Source: an uncultured Verrucomicrobia subdivision 3 bacterium (GTDB taxonomy: Bacteria; Verrucomicrobiota; Verrucomicrobiia; Limisphaerales; UBA8199). Taken from it: a stretch of DNA of 64,000 bases. Position 1 is the first letter of the stretch; each line of letters starts with the position of its first letter. The DNA lies in the NCBI GenBank assembly GCA_903913865.1, contig CAIWMU010000213.1:26854-90853 (forward strand), read 5' to 3'. Below, piece after piece: positions 63,037 to 64,000 of the stretch. The notes under the pieces were generated by a model. The model did no database searches. It saw only the letters and a program-made list of their open reading frames with translations, and was not told where the DNA came from. The translations under genes were made by a program, and so were the position numbers.

Positions 63037-63819
63037 CTACAGGGTCAGGGTTGGGCAGGGGAGTGCCTGCGATGTCACCTCCGTGCGGACATGTGTGGCA
63101 CCGAGCACCGCCAACCGATCCCGGATGACCCGGTGCGCCAGTTCGGGGTGGTTGCACTGCTGGCTCAGGTGGCCGAGGTAAACATGTCGGAGATCGGCGG
63201 ACATGATCTCCTGTGTGACATTCGCCGCATCCTCGTTCGAGAGGTGGCCTGTCCGGCTCTGGATGCGCTGCTTGAGACTCCAGGGGCGGTGGGGGCAGTC
63301 CTGAAGCATCTTCAGATCGTAGTTTGTCTCGAGCACCAGCACGTTTGCCAGCCTGGCCCGCTCAAGCACCAGTTTGGTGGCGATGCCGAGGTCGGTCAGA
63401 AAACCGACTGTCCCCGCGCTGGTCCGGAGGATGTAACCCACCGGATCCTGGGCGTCGTGGGAGATCGGAAAGGGCTGGATCTCGACGTCCCCCACCGTGA
63501 ACGACCCGCCGGTGGTGAAGAGACGGCAGGGCAGGGATTTTTTGCTCTGGTATTCCACCGCCTCCTTCGTGGGGCGGTTGCAATAAATGGGTATGTTGAG
63601 CTTTGTGCCCAGGAGCGGGAGGCCTGCCACATGGTCCGAATGCTCGTGGGTGACGATCACGGCGTCCAGATTCTCCGGCACCCGCCCGATCGTCTGGAGC
63701 CGGGTGCGGATCTGGCCCAGGCTGAATCCGGCATCAATGAGAATGCGTGCGCCGTCTGTTTCCAGATAGGCGCAATTTCCGGAGGAGCCGCTGCCGAGGA
63801 TGGTCAGGTGAACTGGCAC
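63037..63819 (-). CDS. MBL-fold metallo-hydrolase.
   Basis: ILGSGSSGN..LIDAG and the HxHxDH motif VTHEHSDHVAG are present. The start is GTG. Confidence 0.8.
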   Translation of the reverse strand: MPVHLTILGSGSSGNCAYLETDGARILIDAGFSLGQIRTRLQTIGRVPENLDAVIVTHEHSDHVAGLPLLGTKLNIPIYCNRPTKEAVEYQSKKSLPCRLFTTGGSFTVGDVEIQPFPISHDAQDPVGYILRTSAGTVGFLTDLGIATKLVLERARLANVLVLETNYDLKMLQDCPHRPWSLKQRIQSRTGHLSNEDAANVTQEIMSADLRHVYLGHLSQQCNHPELAHRVIRDRLAVLGATHVRTEVTSQALPCPTLTL

Positions 63820-63827
63820 ACTCCAGC

Positions 63828-64000
63828 TTACTTCCGGGCTGTGGAGGCGATCAATGCTTTTTCAGCCTGCGATTTTCCGGAGGGGCGGGTCGCGGGGGGC
63901 ATAATCCGTGACAGCTCCGGCGCGATCTTGTAGAACGTCTCCATGTCATCAAAGCGTGGGCTGAATCCCTGTTTCGCTGTCCTTCTTGCTGCGAGCCTGC
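63828..64000 (-). CDS. 3' end of an unidentified gene, truncated by the window edge.
   Basis: Hand translation of the minus strand gives ...FSPRFDDMETFYKIAPELSRIMPPATRPSGKSQAEKALIASTARK, stopping at 63828-63830, 8 nt upstream of the MBL gene start. I recognise no family. Confidence 0.35.
   Translation of the reverse strand, partial: RLAARRTAKQGFSPRFDDMETFYKIAPELSRIMPPATRPSGKSQAEKALIASTARK

Noticed and set aside
62077-63933. A 618-aa plus-strand ORF spanning the antisense of both the TrmH-family and MBL-fold genes.
   Set aside because: It crosses an intergenic gap and two well-supported minus-strand genes and has no motifs. It is an artefact of stop-codon scarcity at high GC. The same reasoning applies to 59676-61217 (antisense to glnE), 13869-15080 (antisense to the sulfatase), 48584-49624 (antisense to rarA) and 17294-18229 (antisense to the pfkB-family gene).

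Overview
This is a 64-kb, gene-dense, high-GC (roughly 60% by eye) chromosomal window. Its character fits the PVC superphylum, most likely a Verrucomicrobiota-like organism. That placement is an inference from gene content: exported sulfatase and GH95, SBBP/BNR propellers, LamG repeat proteins, TAT-exported Gfo/Idh/MocA plus ThuA, few Shine-Dalgarno sequences, and many 4-nt start/stop overlaps. I call about 50 protein-coding genes, 8 hairpin terminators, an intercistronic stem-loop, a few candidate promoter/operator sites and two tandem-repeat tracts. I found no rRNA, tRNA, CRISPR array, transposase, integrase or recognisable defence-system gene. Housekeeping genes recognised from motifs are pyrC, rpmB, smpB, rpoZ, galT, skp, bamA, dnaB, rnd, rlmI, rarA, a 5-formyl-THF cyclo-ligase, rny, prfC, amtB, a polyprenyl synthase, glnE, and TrmH-, MBL- and EEP-family enzymes. 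The findings most worth a second look are these. (1) A metazoan-type O-GlcNAcase is split into two adjacent genes: a GH84 catalytic+stalk gene and a stand-alone homologue of the OGA HAT-like domain that keeps an acetyl-CoA motif. Both sit behind an exported GH95. (2) A compact candidate sphingolipid locus has a serine-palmitoyltransferase-like enzyme, a CerR-like SDR and an AUR1/PAP2_3-like transferase, with a convergent large GNAT-fold protein. (3) A self-contained five-gene secretin / PilM-N / PilO-like / PilP-like / GspE-type ATPase operon has no platform or pilin gene. Its lipoprotein secretin carries a long Pro/Ala tail encoded by 27-nt tandem repeats. (4) A dnaB-bamA-(1080-aa SBBP+BNR propeller)-skp operon. 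(5) A roughly 60-aa C-terminal module ending F(F/L)RLR(R)K is shared by two unrelated giant exported proteins. (6) A tandem-NDK-fold protein is coupled to a small zinc ribbon. (7) A low-GC 0.6-kb orphan intergenic region lies next to a decaying paralogue. All functional calls come from motif recognition by eye. No database search was run.
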